Shown here: positions 1 through 10,222 of the stretch, piece after piece
How the letters are laid out: every line of letters starts with the position of its first letter
Numbering within the stretch: position 1 is the first letter of the stretch
Source of the DNA: an uncultured Methylococcales bacterium
GTDB lineage: Bacteria > Pseudomonadota > Gammaproteobacteria > Methylococcales > Methylomonadaceae
Assembly: GCA_913019935.1 (NCBI GenBank)
Contig: CAJVZC010000004.1
Location: 108-64,107, forward strand
Length of the DNA stretch: 64,000 nt
Direction of reading: 5' to 3'
The notes under the pieces: generated by a model
The model's database searches: none
What the model saw: only the letters and a program-made list of their open reading frames with translations
Told to the model about the DNA's origin: nothing
Translations under genes and position numbers: made by a program

Positions 1-356
1 AATAAATACCACTCCTTAGCTTTTTTATAATTTAACAGCACCCCTTGACCGAATTCAAACAACACACCTAATTGATACTGTGCACTGGCATGGTTCTGAC
101 CGGCTGCTTTGACATACCATTCCCGCGCCTTTTGGTAATCTCTATAAACACCTTTCCGATAATGATACATATACCCTAAATAATACTGCGCATCACCATC
201 GTCGCGCTGAGCCACCAACTGACAATTCTTAAAGTTCACCGCATCCGTTAATGCTGGCGTATAACAACCCATAGCTGTTTTACTTATGAGTATTAATAAA
301 ATTATTGAACCTAATTGCCTTGTCACAGAAATACTCCGGTACGCTATTACTTTCAT
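1..356 (-). CDS. Sel1-repeat (TPR-like) protein, N-terminal part; 3' end runs off the window
   Basis: Not in the ORF track because it is open at the window edge. Manual translation from ATG (complement of 354-356) gives MKVIAYRSISVTRQLGSIILLILISKTAMGCY..., then DAQYYLGYMYHYRKGVYRDYQKAREWYVKAAGQNHASAQYQLGVLFEFGQGVLLNYKKAKEWY, which reads as tandem Sel1 repeats. The start abuts the stop (357-359) of the upstream gene. Confidence 0.7.
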   Translation of the reverse strand, partial: MKVIAYRSISVTRQLGSIILLILISKTAMGCYTPALTDAVNFKNCQLVAQRDDGDAQYYLGYMYHYRKGVYRDYQKAREWYVKAAGQNHASAQYQLGVLFEFGQGVLLNYKKAKEWYL

Positions 357-965
357 CTAAAAAAACCACCACCCCGATTTAAACCGATGCTCACAACCTT
401 TAAGTTGACGTTGATATTTCTTCGAACGTGCTGAAACCTTGCGCGCTGCATTTTTCAACCAGCTCTTTCCCTTAAAACTACGTCGATTAAAGCCACCGTG
501 GCCCTCATGGTACGCCAAATATAAGTGATAACTATCATTGAGAGCAATATTAGAACGTTGATGACTTTGACGGTTATACCAGCCAATAAAATCAATGGCA
601 TCCTCAAAATCATTTCGGTCAGCAAACCATCGGCCCGTTTGATCCAAATAACCATCCCAAGTCATATCAAGTGCTTGCGCGTAACCAAAAGCCGACGTTG
701 GGCGGGGCCCTGGAAAGATCCATAAAAAAGTGGTTCTAGGGGGCTTTGCATCGGCATTAAAACTCGACTCTTGATACATCATAGACATCATCACTGGAAT
801 CGGCGAACCCCAGTTCTGATAAGCATCGTTGGCATAGTCATACCAATCTTCCTGCTCATCAAAAATAGCGCAAATATTTTTAATATTAGACGGCTTGGCC
901 GCACTACAACCGTAGAATAAAACAACGCTAAAAAGTAACACTACAATTTGGCAAGCTTGACGCAT
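357..965 (-). CDS. SLT-domain lytic transglycosylase-like lipoprotein
   Basis: ORF track gives 357..995 with a TTG start. I prefer ATG at 965, preceded by AGGAGG (complement of 975-980). Signal peptide ends LFYGC (lipobox-like). SLT-type motif MMYQESSFN. Confidence 0.75.
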   Translation of the reverse strand: MRQACQIVVLLFSVVLFYGCSAAKPSNIKNICAIFDEQEDWYDYANDAYQNWGSPIPVMMSMMYQESSFNADAKPPRTTFLWIFPGPRPTSAFGYAQALDMTWDGYLDQTGRWFADRNDFEDAIDFIGWYNRQSHQRSNIALNDSYHLYLAYHEGHGGFNRRSFKGKSWLKNAARKVSARSKKYQRQLKGCEHRFKSGWWFF

Positions 966-995
966 AACAGAAGACCTCCTAAAACCAACGTTCAA

Positions 996-1832
996 CTAGT
1001 TAATCTGTCTTAAAATGGTATCCAGCCAGCGTCCAGGCAAAAGCCTTTTTAAATAAGCAAAAACATAAGTCGGTACAGTAACGTAATAGCGTATCCGTGG
1101 CCGTGATGATTCCAAAGCAGTAATCACCTTGGCACTCACAGCACTAGCCGGTAATGTAAAGGGCACTGCTGCACCGACCGTTTCAAGACGCGCCTCTAAG
1201 GCTAAATAGGTCTCTATATGTGCGCTTTCTTTCTTATTAATATTTTCTTTATATAACGCAAAAGCATTGGTCCTGAAAGCACTGAGAATAGGCCCCGGCT
1301 CAATTAAAATGACCTGAATATTAGTCCCGTACAATTCTAAACGCAGTGTGTCTACTAAGCCTTCTAAGGCATACTTACTGGCATTATAAGCACCTCGGTA
1401 CTTCATCGCCGCAAAGCCTAAAACTGAACTATTAAAGACGATACGACCTTGGTTATTTTTACGCATATAAGGCAAGATCAAACAGGTTAGCTCATGACAA
1501 CCAAAAACATTCGTTTCAAATTGTTGTCGCAACACATCACGCGTTAAATCTTCTACAGCACCGGGCTGACCATAGCCGGCATTGTTAAACAACGCGTCAA
1601 TCTTTCCATCCGTTAATTTAACAACTTCAGCAACGCCATTACGGATACTCTCACTATCATTCAGATCCAGTTGAATCGCCTCAAAACCCTGAGCCAGCAA
1701 CTTTTGAACATCCTCATTTTTTCTAGCCGAAGCAATAACGCGGTATCCTCGCTGCTTTAATGCGCCAATAGCATCATAACCAATACCGGTAGAACAACCG
1801 GTTACCAAAATAGTCTTAGCGTTAACTTTCAT
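996..1832 (-). CDS. short-chain dehydrogenase/reductase (SDR)
   Basis: Rossmann motif TGCSTGIG and catalytic YNASK. The ATG overlaps the upstream gene by 11 nt. Confidence 0.9.
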   Translation of the reverse strand: MKVNAKTILVTGCSTGIGYDAIGALKQRGYRVIASARKNEDVQKLLAQGFEAIQLDLNDSESIRNGVAEVVKLTDGKIDALFNNAGYGQPGAVEDLTRDVLRQQFETNVFGCHELTCLILPYMRKNNQGRIVFNSSVLGFAAMKYRGAYNASKYALEGLVDTLRLELYGTNIQVILIEPGPILSAFRTNAFALYKENINKKESAHIETYLALEARLETVGAAVPFTLPASAVSAKVITALESSRPRIRYYVTVPTYVFAYLKRLLPGRWLDTILRQIN

Positions 1833-3162
1833 CTTGTAAATAGCTCATTTCAACATAGTTACGTGACACCCCTATAAACAATAATGCCGTGACCAGCATT
1901 AACAAGGTGAAAAACCAAAAATAATCTGCCCCTGCCAGTTTACTACTCCCATCGTCATTCTGTATAAAGAAATTAACCGCGCCGGTAAACAAATTACCGG
2001 CCGCCACTGATAACATGTAAAAAGCCATAACAAATGACTTCATCGTTTTCGGTGCTTGCGTATACGAAAATTCAAGACAAGTAATTGACACCATAACTTC
2101 TGCGGCAGTCAACAATACATAAGCCAACAACTGCCAGCTGATATGTGGTGTTAACCCGGCATCAATTTGCATTTGGATCCAACTGGAAATGGCAAAAGCA
2201 AATGTCGTTACAAACAAACCAATGGCAATCTTTCTTAAGGCGGTTAAGTTAAACCATTTATTGAGCTGCGGGTACAGAAAATAAGAAAATAGCGGAACTA
2301 ACATTATAATTAATAACGGGTTAGCCGCCTGAATTTGAGAAGGCAAAACCTCAACGCCCCAAAGATGTCGATCCATTTTCTGTGCTTGTAACACCCAAGA
2401 TGAACCGGTCTGATCAAACAGAGCCCAAAACATCGCAATAAAAATATAAATAACGGACAATCTACCTAAGACTTTAATACCGGTCTCACTAAAAACATCG
2501 CGCAAAAAAACCTTACCCGCCGGAGCGATATGTACAAAACGATAACGCCCAGACCAAAAAACAATCGTCGCTAATAACATTAAAACGCCAGGAACTAAAA
2601 AGGCTAACTTTGCACCATAGTGCTCTAATAGCCATGGGATGGCTAACATGGAAAAAAAAGCGCCCAAATTTATAGCCAGATAAAAACCACTGAAAACCTT
2701 ACTCAACAGGAATTGATTCGCACGACCAAACTGATCGCCCACATGAGCGGAAACACACGGCTTAATACCGCCAGCACCTAAGGCAATTAATGACTGACCC
2801 AGTAACAAGCCCATCCGTGTATCGTCCAATGCCAAAACAAAATGACCCAGACAATAAACCATCGACAAATAAATAATAGTCCGATACTTACCCCACACAC
2901 CATCAGCTAACAACGCTCCTAATAGCGGCGTCATATAAACGGCAGAAACAAACAAATGGAAATAACCTTGGGCTTCATGTTCTGACATAACCTCCAATTG
3001 CCCAGAACTATTCATTAAATATTGCGTCATGAAAATTACCAGAATTGAGCGCATACCATAGTAACTAAATCGCTCAGCGGCCTCATTGCCAATAATAAAA
3101 GCAATACCGGGGGGGACTTGTGTCGTCACTGTCGGAGAATTTTTATACTGACGCATAACCAT
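1822..3162 (-). CDS. POT/PTR2 family proton-dependent oligopeptide transporter
   Basis: PTR2 signature GNEAAERFSYYGMRSIL and a polytopic hydrophobic profile. The track start 3186 is TTG; the in-frame ATG at 3162 is preferred. Confidence 0.85.
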   Translation of the reverse strand: MVMRQYKNSPTVTTQVPPGIAFIIGNEAAERFSYYGMRSILVIFMTQYLMNSSGQLEVMSEHEAQGYFHLFVSAVYMTPLLGALLADGVWGKYRTIIYLSMVYCLGHFVLALDDTRMGLLLGQSLIALGAGGIKPCVSAHVGDQFGRANQFLLSKVFSGFYLAINLGAFFSMLAIPWLLEHYGAKLAFLVPGVLMLLATIVFWSGRYRFVHIAPAGKVFLRDVFSETGIKVLGRLSVIYIFIAMFWALFDQTGSSWVLQAQKMDRHLWGVEVLPSQIQAANPLLIIMLVPLFSYFLYPQLNKWFNLTALRKIAIGLFVTTFAFAISSWIQMQIDAGLTPHISWQLLAYVLLTAAEVMVSITCLEFSYTQAPKTMKSFVMAFYMLSVAAGNLFTGAVNFFIQNDDGSSKLAGADYFWFFTLLMLVTALLFIGVSRNYVEMSYLQDES

Positions 3163-3361
3163 TAAATAACTTAAAAATAACAACAATTGTACCGAAAAAA
3201 CCGCCCTTTACGCGGCCTTTATAACCCCTCATTTTCTAAATCACTCATCGTCTGCGGCTTTAACAAAAGGTTTTTTTTCACCCTGAACTGGGCTAAAATA
3301 CAAGTCTTTGCAAACCTCATACGTCTTTTAGTCGTTACATTTTTCAATATATTAAGGTCTC

Positions 3362-4345
3362 ATGAACCCAATAAATAGCTCTGCTATAGAAGCGATAAAA
3401 CAATTAAAATCCTATCTTGGTCACCATATTATTGGCCAAGAAGATTTAATTAATCGCATGTTAATCGCGCTACTCTCTGACGGTCATATTTTAGTTGAAG
3501 GCGCTCCAGGGTTAGCAAAAACACGTGCCATTAATTGTTTAAGCCAAGGCATTGAAACAAACTTCCACCGCGTTCAATTTACCCCTGACTTATTACCTGC
3601 TGATCTTACAGGGACTGAAATTTATCGCCCACAAACAAGTTCCTTTGAATTCCAAAAAGGGCCCTTATTTCATAATCTTGTATTAGCCGATGAGATCAAC
3701 CGATCACCCGCTAAAGTACAAGCAGCATTGCTTGAGGCTATGGCCGAACGACAAATTACCGTCGGCTCTACCAGTTACCCTTTGCCGGAACTTTTCCTCG
3801 TTATGGCCACCCAAAACCCCATTGAACAAGAGGGCACTTACCCCTTACCGGAAGCCCAACTCGACCGTTTCTTATTACACGTAAACGTTGACTTCCCAAA
3901 ACCCGAACATGAAAAACAAATTCTAGCCCTTGCCAGACGAGAAGCTTTAGGACAAAACACTAATACCCCCATTGACAATAAACCTATCCAACAATCGGCT
4001 ATTTTCACTGCTCGCAAAGAAGTACTTAATATCTATATGGCTGATAACCTCCAAGACTATTTACTGCAAATTATCCTCGCCACACGCCAACCCCAAGCCT
4101 ACGGTGAAGACCTCGCACAATGGATACAATTTGGAGCAAGCCCACGCGCGACAATTGCATTAGACCGTTGTGCCCGTGCCAATGCATGGTTAGCTGAACG
4201 TGACTTTGTCGGGCCCGAAGATATTCAAGAACTGGCTTTTGATGTCCTTCGTCATCGAATTATTCTTTCTTACGAAGCCGAGGCCGAAGGTATTAGCCCC
4301 GATTACTTTATCAAGGAACTTATACGCAGAATACCCGTCCCCTAA
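3362..4345 (+). CDS. MoxR-family AAA+ ATPase
   Basis: Walker A GAPGLAKT, Walker B VLADEINR, and the MoxR-type segment SPAKVQAALLEAMAERQITV. Confidence 0.92.
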   Translation: MNPINSSAIEAIKQLKSYLGHHIIGQEDLINRMLIALLSDGHILVEGAPGLAKTRAINCLSQGIETNFHRVQFTPDLLPADLTGTEIYRPQTSSFEFQKGPLFHNLVLADEINRSPAKVQAALLEAMAERQITVGSTSYPLPELFLVMATQNPIEQEGTYPLPEAQLDRFLLHVNVDFPKPEHEKQILALARREALGQNTNTPIDNKPIQQSAIFTARKEVLNIYMADNLQDYLLQIILATRQPQAYGEDLAQWIQFGASPRATIALDRCARANAWLAERDFVGPEDIQELAFDVLRHRIILSYEAEAEGISPDYFIKELIRRIPVP

Positions 4346-5268
4346 TGAAGACAACGCTATCTTTAACGCCTGACGAACGCATTCAGATTCAATTTAACAA
4401 CCTGATCCGTTTATCTGCTAACGCCCGTCAAATCAACTTGGACCATAGCACGATAAAATCTAAACAAAGCGGTGGTTATTTATCTAGCGCTAAGGGTAGG
4501 GGTATGGAATTTGATGAAGCTCGACTTTATCAGCCCGGCGATGACATCCGTAGTATCGATTGGCGCGTGACAGCCCGTACCGGTAAACCGCATACTAAAC
4601 TCTTTCGTGAAGAACGCGAGCGCCCGGTTTTCTTATCCGTAGACTTAAGAGATTCCATGTTCTTCGCAACCCGCGGTGTTTTCAAATCTGTTCAAGCCGC
4701 TCATCTAACGGCTCTTCTCGCTTGGGCCGCTGTCCGCCAAGGCGATCGCATTGGTGGTCAAGTTTTTACTAATAACACACAACGTGAAATTAAACCTCAA
4801 AATGGTCGCCAGGCTGTTTTACGATTGTTCCACGAATTAGTGCGTGCCGAACAAGAGCACTCAATACAAAAGCACGCCAATCCACAACCGTTAGCACTCA
4901 CTATCATGCGCCTATGTCGACATGTTAAGCCCGGCAGTTTAGTCTATTTAATCAGCGATTTTCGCGGTCTTGATGACAGTTGCGAGCCTCATCTTGCTCA
5001 ACTTTCAAAACATTGCGACGTGGTACTCATTAGGGTCTCTGACCCTTTAGAAAGCACATTACCCCAAAATGGACATTACCGTTTTACCGACGGCATTACC
5101 GATATTACTTTTGATACCACGAATCCCCAGCAACTGGAAAAATATCAACAGCGCTTTCAACAACAACAACTTAAATTACAACAATTAACAAAAAAAAGGT
5201 CCATCCACTCCTATTTTTGTAGCACAGATGATGACCCCACCGCTCTTTTGTGTCGAAAAAACTTATGA
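4345..5268 (+). CDS. DUF58 domain protein (MoxR partner)
   Basis: TAATG overlap with moxR. DIRSIDWRVTARTGK motif typical of DUF58, in the canonical position after MoxR. Confidence 0.85.
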   Translation: MKTTLSLTPDERIQIQFNNLIRLSANARQINLDHSTIKSKQSGGYLSSAKGRGMEFDEARLYQPGDDIRSIDWRVTARTGKPHTKLFREERERPVFLSVDLRDSMFFATRGVFKSVQAAHLTALLAWAAVRQGDRIGGQVFTNNTQREIKPQNGRQAVLRLFHELVRAEQEHSIQKHANPQPLALTIMRLCRHVKPGSLVYLISDFRGLDDSCEPHLAQLSKHCDVVLIRVSDPLESTLPQNGHYRFTDGITDITFDTTNPQQLEKYQQRFQQQQLKLQQLTKKRSIHSYFCSTDDDPTALLCRKNL

Positions 5269-5735
5269 ACTCTGAACCGTTAGCCATCAAGGATATTCAT
5301 TTACCTGACCCGATTATCTGGTGGCCTCCAGCGATCGGCTGGTGGTTAGTGCTTTTATCCAGCATTCTGCTCATGGTATTGATAATCTGGGTCTATAAAA
5401 GTATTACGCGTAAAACGGCGGTCAAAGCCGCTCGCAAATTACTCCTTCAGATTCAAAATAAACATGACTGGAATGATCAGCGTAAACTCACCGCCTTATC
5501 TGCCTTATTGCGTCGTACAGCAATCAGCGTCTACCCCCTTGAACAAGTCGCCAGTTTAACGGGCCATGCATGGCTTGAATTTTTAGACCGTCCTTTTGAA
5601 CAAAAACAATTCTCCTCGACACAAGGACAGCCACTCATCAGCTCCCTTTACCAACCGGCGACAAGCCATAACCTTAAGACCTTATTTGAACTCTCAGAAC
5701 AATGGCTTTCTGCCATTAAAGGAAATGAGAAATGA
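5265..5735 (+). CDS. DUF4381-like small membrane protein
   Basis: IIWWPPAIGWWLVLL motif followed by a TM segment. ATG at 5265 forms an ATGA overlap with the DUF58 stop. The track's GTG start at 5250 is an alternative. Confidence 0.7.
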   Translation: MNSEPLAIKDIHLPDPIIWWPPAIGWWLVLLSSILLMVLIIWVYKSITRKTAVKAARKLLLQIQNKHDWNDQRKLTALSALLRRTAISVYPLEQVASLTGHAWLEFLDRPFEQKQFSSTQGQPLISSLYQPATSHNLKTLFELSEQWLSAIKGNEK

Positions 5736-6712
5736 TTCACTTTGAATGGCTCTGGGCTTTAGCTGCATGTCCACTACCTTGGCTAGCCCATAAACTTCCC
5801 GCCATAAGCCCGCATAATCAAGCTGCATTGCGTGTCCCTTTTATTGAAGACTTCCAAATAGACCAGCCATCAAAAAAAGTGATGAGCACTAAATCCTGGC
5901 CTTTTTATTGGGCCGTTATTGCCTGGTGCTGTTTAATCCTTGCCGGTATTCGCCCCCAATGGCTAGGGGAGCCCGTCGAAATGGCCGTAACGGGCCGCGA
6001 CTTAATGCTCGCCGTTGACTTATCGGGCAGCATGGAGGAGCAGGACTTCTTAATCCAACAAAAACAAGTGGACCGACTTACTGCAACTCAATCTGTTGCT
6101 AACCAATTTATAACAAGACGCGCCGGCGATCGTATTGGACTCATCCTTTTTGGCTCTCAGGCCTATCTTCAAACCCCTTTGACTTTCGATCGTCAAACCG
6201 TAATGACACTGCTCAGTGAAGCGGTTATTGGCCTCGCTGGCGAAAGTACCGCTATTGGCGATGCTATTGGACTTGCCGTCAAAAGACTCCGAACCCAACC
6301 TGGCAATAGTCGTGTACTCATCTTGATGACCGATGGAGCCAATACCGCCGGTGTTATTTCCCCGCTTAAAGCGGCCGACTTGGCCGCCGAACATCAACTT
6401 AAAATCTATACTATTGGTATTGGTGCTGATGAAATGATTGTGCGCAGTCTTTTTGGTAACCGCCGCGTTAACCCCTCACGTGATCTGGATGAAAAGACAC
6501 TCAAAGCCATTGCTGAAAAAACCGGGGGAGCATACTTTAGAGCCCGCAATACCGATGAATTTAATACTATTTACACGCTATTGGATGAACTTGAGCCTAT
6601 CGAAAAAGACAAACAATTCTTCCGACCCAAAACAGAACTTTACATCTGGCCTCTTGGATTGTCTTTGTTTTTAATGTTGTTAATCGTCATTTTAAAAATT
6701 AAAAACCGCTAA
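5732..6712 (+). CDS. VWA domain membrane protein (BatA-like)
   Basis: N-terminal TMs, MIDAS motif DLSGSM, and LILMTDGANT. ATGA overlap with the upstream gene. Confidence 0.85.
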   Translation: MIHFEWLWALAACPLPWLAHKLPAISPHNQAALRVPFIEDFQIDQPSKKVMSTKSWPFYWAVIAWCCLILAGIRPQWLGEPVEMAVTGRDLMLAVDLSGSMEEQDFLIQQKQVDRLTATQSVANQFITRRAGDRIGLILFGSQAYLQTPLTFDRQTVMTLLSEAVIGLAGESTAIGDAIGLAVKRLRTQPGNSRVLILMTDGANTAGVISPLKAADLAAEHQLKIYTIGIGADEMIVRSLFGNRRVNPSRDLDEKTLKAIAEKTGGAYFRARNTDEFNTIYTLLDELEPIEKDKQFFRPKTELYIWPLGLSLFLMLLIVILKIKNR

Positions 6713-8457
6713 TGGATAGCTTTCACTTCATTCGTCCACTATGGCTCTTGGCCTTAATCCCTTTTTTAGCATTACTTATTATCTTGCTAAAAAAACAATT
6801 CCAACACGGGCATTGGAACCGCATCTGTGATTCCGAACTACTTCCTTTTATCCTCCAGAGCAATTTCCAACAACACTCTAAAGCACCGGTTTTCTTAACG
6901 GCTATAGGATGTCTGATCGCCATCCTTGCCATTTCAGGGCCAACGTGGGAAAAGCTCCCCGCTCCAGTTTTTCGTAATATTTCAGCACTGGTCATTGTTT
7001 TAGATCTATCACAATCAATGAATGCTCAAGATATAAAGCCCAGCCGCTTAATCCGTGCTCGCTATAAAATAGCCGATATTCTCAAGCAACGAAAAGATGG
7101 CCAGACCGCCTTAATTGTTTATGCCAATAATGCTTATACCGTCACACCACTCACAAACGATATTGAAACTATTGCGAGCCAATTAACCGCACTTAACAGC
7201 CAGATTATGCCTCGACAAGGGAGTAACGCATATAATGCCATTAAAAAGGCCACCGCCTTGCTCAAACAAACGGGATTAAATCAGGGCGATATACTCCTCG
7301 TTACTGATGGCATTAATGACTCGCTCATCACTAAAATAACCCCGGTTTTAGACCCCTACCGATTATCCATATTAGCCATAGGCACCCCATCCGGAGCCCC
7401 CATTAATATGCCCAACGGAGGTTTTCTAAAAGACCCTGTCGGCACCATTGTCATTCCTAAATTAAACTTAACCGCCTTGGCCGAACTCAGCCATGCAGGC
7501 CAGGGGATACTGCAAACGATTACCGCTGATGATACCGATACTAACGCCCTCGCTGCGCGCTTTAACCAACACCCGGAGAAAGCTAAAAATGAGTCACAAG
7601 ATATTCAATTAGACCTGTGGCTAGAACGCGGCCCTTGGTTACTGTTTCTGGTTATACCGCTTGCCAGTCTATGTTTTCGACGCGGCATTTTATGTTGGTT
7701 GGCATTGTTTCTTTTACCGATTCCAAAAACCAGTCACGCTGAAGCCTTAGAAAATATTTGGCAAACGCCCGACCAACAGGGTTATCAAGAATTCAATCAG
7801 GGTCAATTCTCTCAAGCCGCCGAAAAATTTAATAACACTGACTGGAAATTCAGCGCCCTTTACCGTGACGGCCAATATTCAAAAGCCATTGAGGCCTTGA
7901 GTGATGAAAATAGTGCTAAGGCCCATTACAACCGCGGCAATAGCTATACTAAATTGGGACAACTTCCTGAAGCGCTTAAAGCCTATAACGCGGCGCTAGC
8001 GATTAACCCTAACCATACCGATGCGCACTATAATAAAAAACTCATCGAAGATGCCTTAAAAAAACAACAATCGCCTGACCAAGACGCCTCCAAGAATTCA
8101 CCTCCCGATGAAGATTCACCGACCCATAACAATGATGAATCCAATGATACGAATGCGCCTCCAAAAGATCAACAAGATAACCCGTCGTCTCAATCAGAGC
8201 AAGATTCTAGCGCCAAAGAAAACCAAACACCTGAAGATAACCCTAAAAAACCGAACGATGAATCGACCCATGCGCCTGAACAGAATCCGTCTGAAGAGCA
8301 TCTAGACAAGGCAACTGAAACAGAAGATGCCTCAAATAAGGTTAATGAGCAATGGCTCAAAAGAATCCCCGATGACCCTTCTGGGTTATTGAAGAGGAAA
8401 TTTAAATATCAATATAGCCAACAAAAAAATGATTTTGAAACTAATGAAAATTGGTAA
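6712..8457 (+). CDS. VWA + TPR protein (BatB-like) with acidic low-complexity tail
   Basis: MIDAS motif DLSQSM and LLVTDGIND. TPR segment YNRGNSYTKLGQLPEALKAYNAALAINPNH. The C-terminus is rich in D/E/N/P/S. TAATG overlap with the upstream gene. Confidence 0.85.
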   Translation: MDSFHFIRPLWLLALIPFLALLIILLKKQFQHGHWNRICDSELLPFILQSNFQQHSKAPVFLTAIGCLIAILAISGPTWEKLPAPVFRNISALVIVLDLSQSMNAQDIKPSRLIRARYKIADILKQRKDGQTALIVYANNAYTVTPLTNDIETIASQLTALNSQIMPRQGSNAYNAIKKATALLKQTGLNQGDILLVTDGINDSLITKITPVLDPYRLSILAIGTPSGAPINMPNGGFLKDPVGTIVIPKLNLTALAELSHAGQGILQTITADDTDTNALAARFNQHPEKAKNESQDIQLDLWLERGPWLLFLVIPLASLCFRRGILCWLALFLLPIPKTSHAEALENIWQTPDQQGYQEFNQGQFSQAAEKFNNTDWKFSALYRDGQYSKAIEALSDENSAKAHYNRGNSYTKLGQLPEALKAYNAALAINPNHTDAHYNKKLIEDALKKQQSPDQDASKNSPPDEDSPTHNNDESNDTNAPPKDQQDNPSSQSEQDSSAKENQTPEDNPKKPNDESTHAPEQNPSEEHLDKATETEDASNKVNEQWLKRIPDDPSGLLKRKFKYQYSQQKNDFETNENW

Positions 8458-10210
8458 CCTAAAAGCTCAAATGACCTTATTATTTTTTGCTCTTATGCAT
8501 TCGTTGTCTGCTTTGCGCGCTATTACCGTTCCTTTATCACGATTTATTTTTATCGTCTTAACCGTTACGATGATGCCTTGCTCATATGCCTACGCGACAA
8601 CTATTTCTGTGACATCAGAGCGAAACCCCGTCACCCTAAATGAATCATTCCAACTGACCTTTTCAGCAACTGATACGCCCGATGGCGAGCCAGACTTCTC
8701 CATTCTTGAATCTTATGTTGAAATTTTAAATCAACATAAAAATAGTAATACGTCGATTATTAACGGCCAATTCCAGCACCAAGAATCTTGGCACCTTAAC
8801 GTACTGGCTAAACAATCAGGGGTTATCACATTACCACCCGTCTCCTTTGGTAAAGATCTAAGCAATACCTTAATCATTAATGTAGTCACACCCGATCAGC
8901 AGGCAAAGCCTTCATCGCCACAGCCAAATAAAGACCTCTTCTTAATGGCTGAAATCTCGCCTCAAAAAGGTCTCGTACAATCACAATTTATATATACCTT
9001 GCGCTTATTCAGACGAGTCAAAATCTCCCAGGCCAGCCTAACTGAACCCACATCAGACACGGCTATTATTGAACGATTAGGAGAGGACATATCCTATCAA
9101 GATCAACACAATAACCTTAACTATGAAGTGACTGAAAGAAAATATGCTATTTTCCCACAACAAAAGGGCCTCTTAACTATCGCACCTGTTACTTTAAATG
9201 CTGAAGTTTATAGCCCACAACGTGGTCAATTTAATGGTTTATTTAATCGTTCTCGTACTCGTATCACAAGAGTTTTTTCTGATGCTGTTCAACTCAATGT
9301 ACAGTCCGTTCCTGCACAATTTACTGCCACCCATTGGTTGCCCGCCCAAGCCCTACATATTGAACAGTCATGGTCCGGTGATATCACTGACATGAAAGTC
9401 GGTGAGCCACTAACCCGCACCCTTAAGATCATTGCCCAAGGCACCACTGCTGGACAATTACCCGAACTTCATTCACTGCAACCCAATGTCGGAAGCGGAC
9501 TCAAAACTTACCCTGATAAGCCTGCGCTACACGAAAAAAAAACCGATACCCTCATTGCGTATCGAGAAGAAAAAATCGCCTTCATTGCATCTAAAAAAGG
9601 GCTCTATCAATTACCGGCTATCAAAGTCCCCTGGTGGAATACCCAAACACAATCCGTTGAGCTCGCACTTATTCCTGAAACGACCCTAGTCGCTACATTA
9701 GTACCCCAATCAACGCCAGTAATCCCAGATTCAACCCTAGCCACAACACCCCAAGAAGAACTGCCTCTTAACTCCGTGTCAACAACTCCAACTCAAGTCA
9801 CGCCCTATTTCTGGCCAGGCTTATCTTTATTTTTAGCTCTTGGTTGGCTTCTAACCCTACTATTAACGCACCGAAAACCAAAGCCTTTATCCACACCTGA
9901 ACAACAAACTCCGCCTTATAATCATAAGGTACTTAAACAAGCCTGCGCCGCCCATAATGCTGAATCTGCTAAAAATGCCTTATTACTCTGGGGACAACAA
10001 TACTTTCAAGAAAAAAGTTTGCGTTGCATTGCCTCCCGCTGCGATGACTCATTAAAAAAAGAAATGCTCTTGCTTAACACGTTCTTATATAGCCCCGGTT
10101 GTGATGACTGGAACGGTGAAAACTTATACACGGCGTTTAAGGCCTTTGAACCTAAAGCACCCGCCACTGACGCGCCCCCTAACAAACTAAAACCCTTATA
10201 TAAACTCTAA
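8429..10210 (+). CDS. BatD-like (oxygen-tolerance family) protein
   Basis: Signal-peptide-like N-terminus, a large extracytoplasmic region and a late TM (YFWPGLSLFLALGWLLTLLL). It is the last gene of the Bat-like operon. The start is uncertain; in-frame ATGs lie at 8429, 8444 and 8471. Confidence 0.7.
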   Translation: MILKLMKIGNLKAQMTLLFFALMHSLSALRAITVPLSRFIFIVLTVTMMPCSYAYATTISVTSERNPVTLNESFQLTFSATDTPDGEPDFSILESYVEILNQHKNSNTSIINGQFQHQESWHLNVLAKQSGVITLPPVSFGKDLSNTLIINVVTPDQQAKPSSPQPNKDLFLMAEISPQKGLVQSQFIYTLRLFRRVKISQASLTEPTSDTAIIERLGEDISYQDQHNNLNYEVTERKYAIFPQQKGLLTIAPVTLNAEVYSPQRGQFNGLFNRSRTRITRVFSDAVQLNVQSVPAQFTATHWLPAQALHIEQSWSGDITDMKVGEPLTRTLKIIAQGTTAGQLPELHSLQPNVGSGLKTYPDKPALHEKKTDTLIAYREEKIAFIASKKGLYQLPAIKVPWWNTQTQSVELALIPETTLVATLVPQSTPVIPDSTLATTPQEELPLNSVSTTPTQVTPYFWPGLSLFLALGWLLTLLLTHRKPKPLSTPEQQTPPYNHKVLKQACAAHNAESAKNALLLWGQQYFQEKSLRCIASRCDDSLKKEMLLLNTFLYSPGCDDWNGENLYTAFKAFEPKAPATDAPPNKLKPLYKL

Positions 10211-10222
10211 TCAATTTAGACT

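Noticed and set aside
3187-3378. A 63-aa ORF in the POT-moxR divergent promoter region, running into moxR.
   Set aside because: It has no RBS and low-complexity sequence. It overlaps the moxR start and occupies the only promoter space for two divergent operons.
6050-6397. 115-aa antisense ORFs inside batA (6050-6397), ccsA/ccsB (20827-21174) and the ferredoxin gene (28574-28921), plus many 60-95-aa ORFs nested in larger genes (for example 37333-37593, 16079-16336 and 55406-55693).
   Set aside because: All are embedded in, or antisense to, genes with clear family motifs. They have no RBS or motif support and are typical shadow ORFs.
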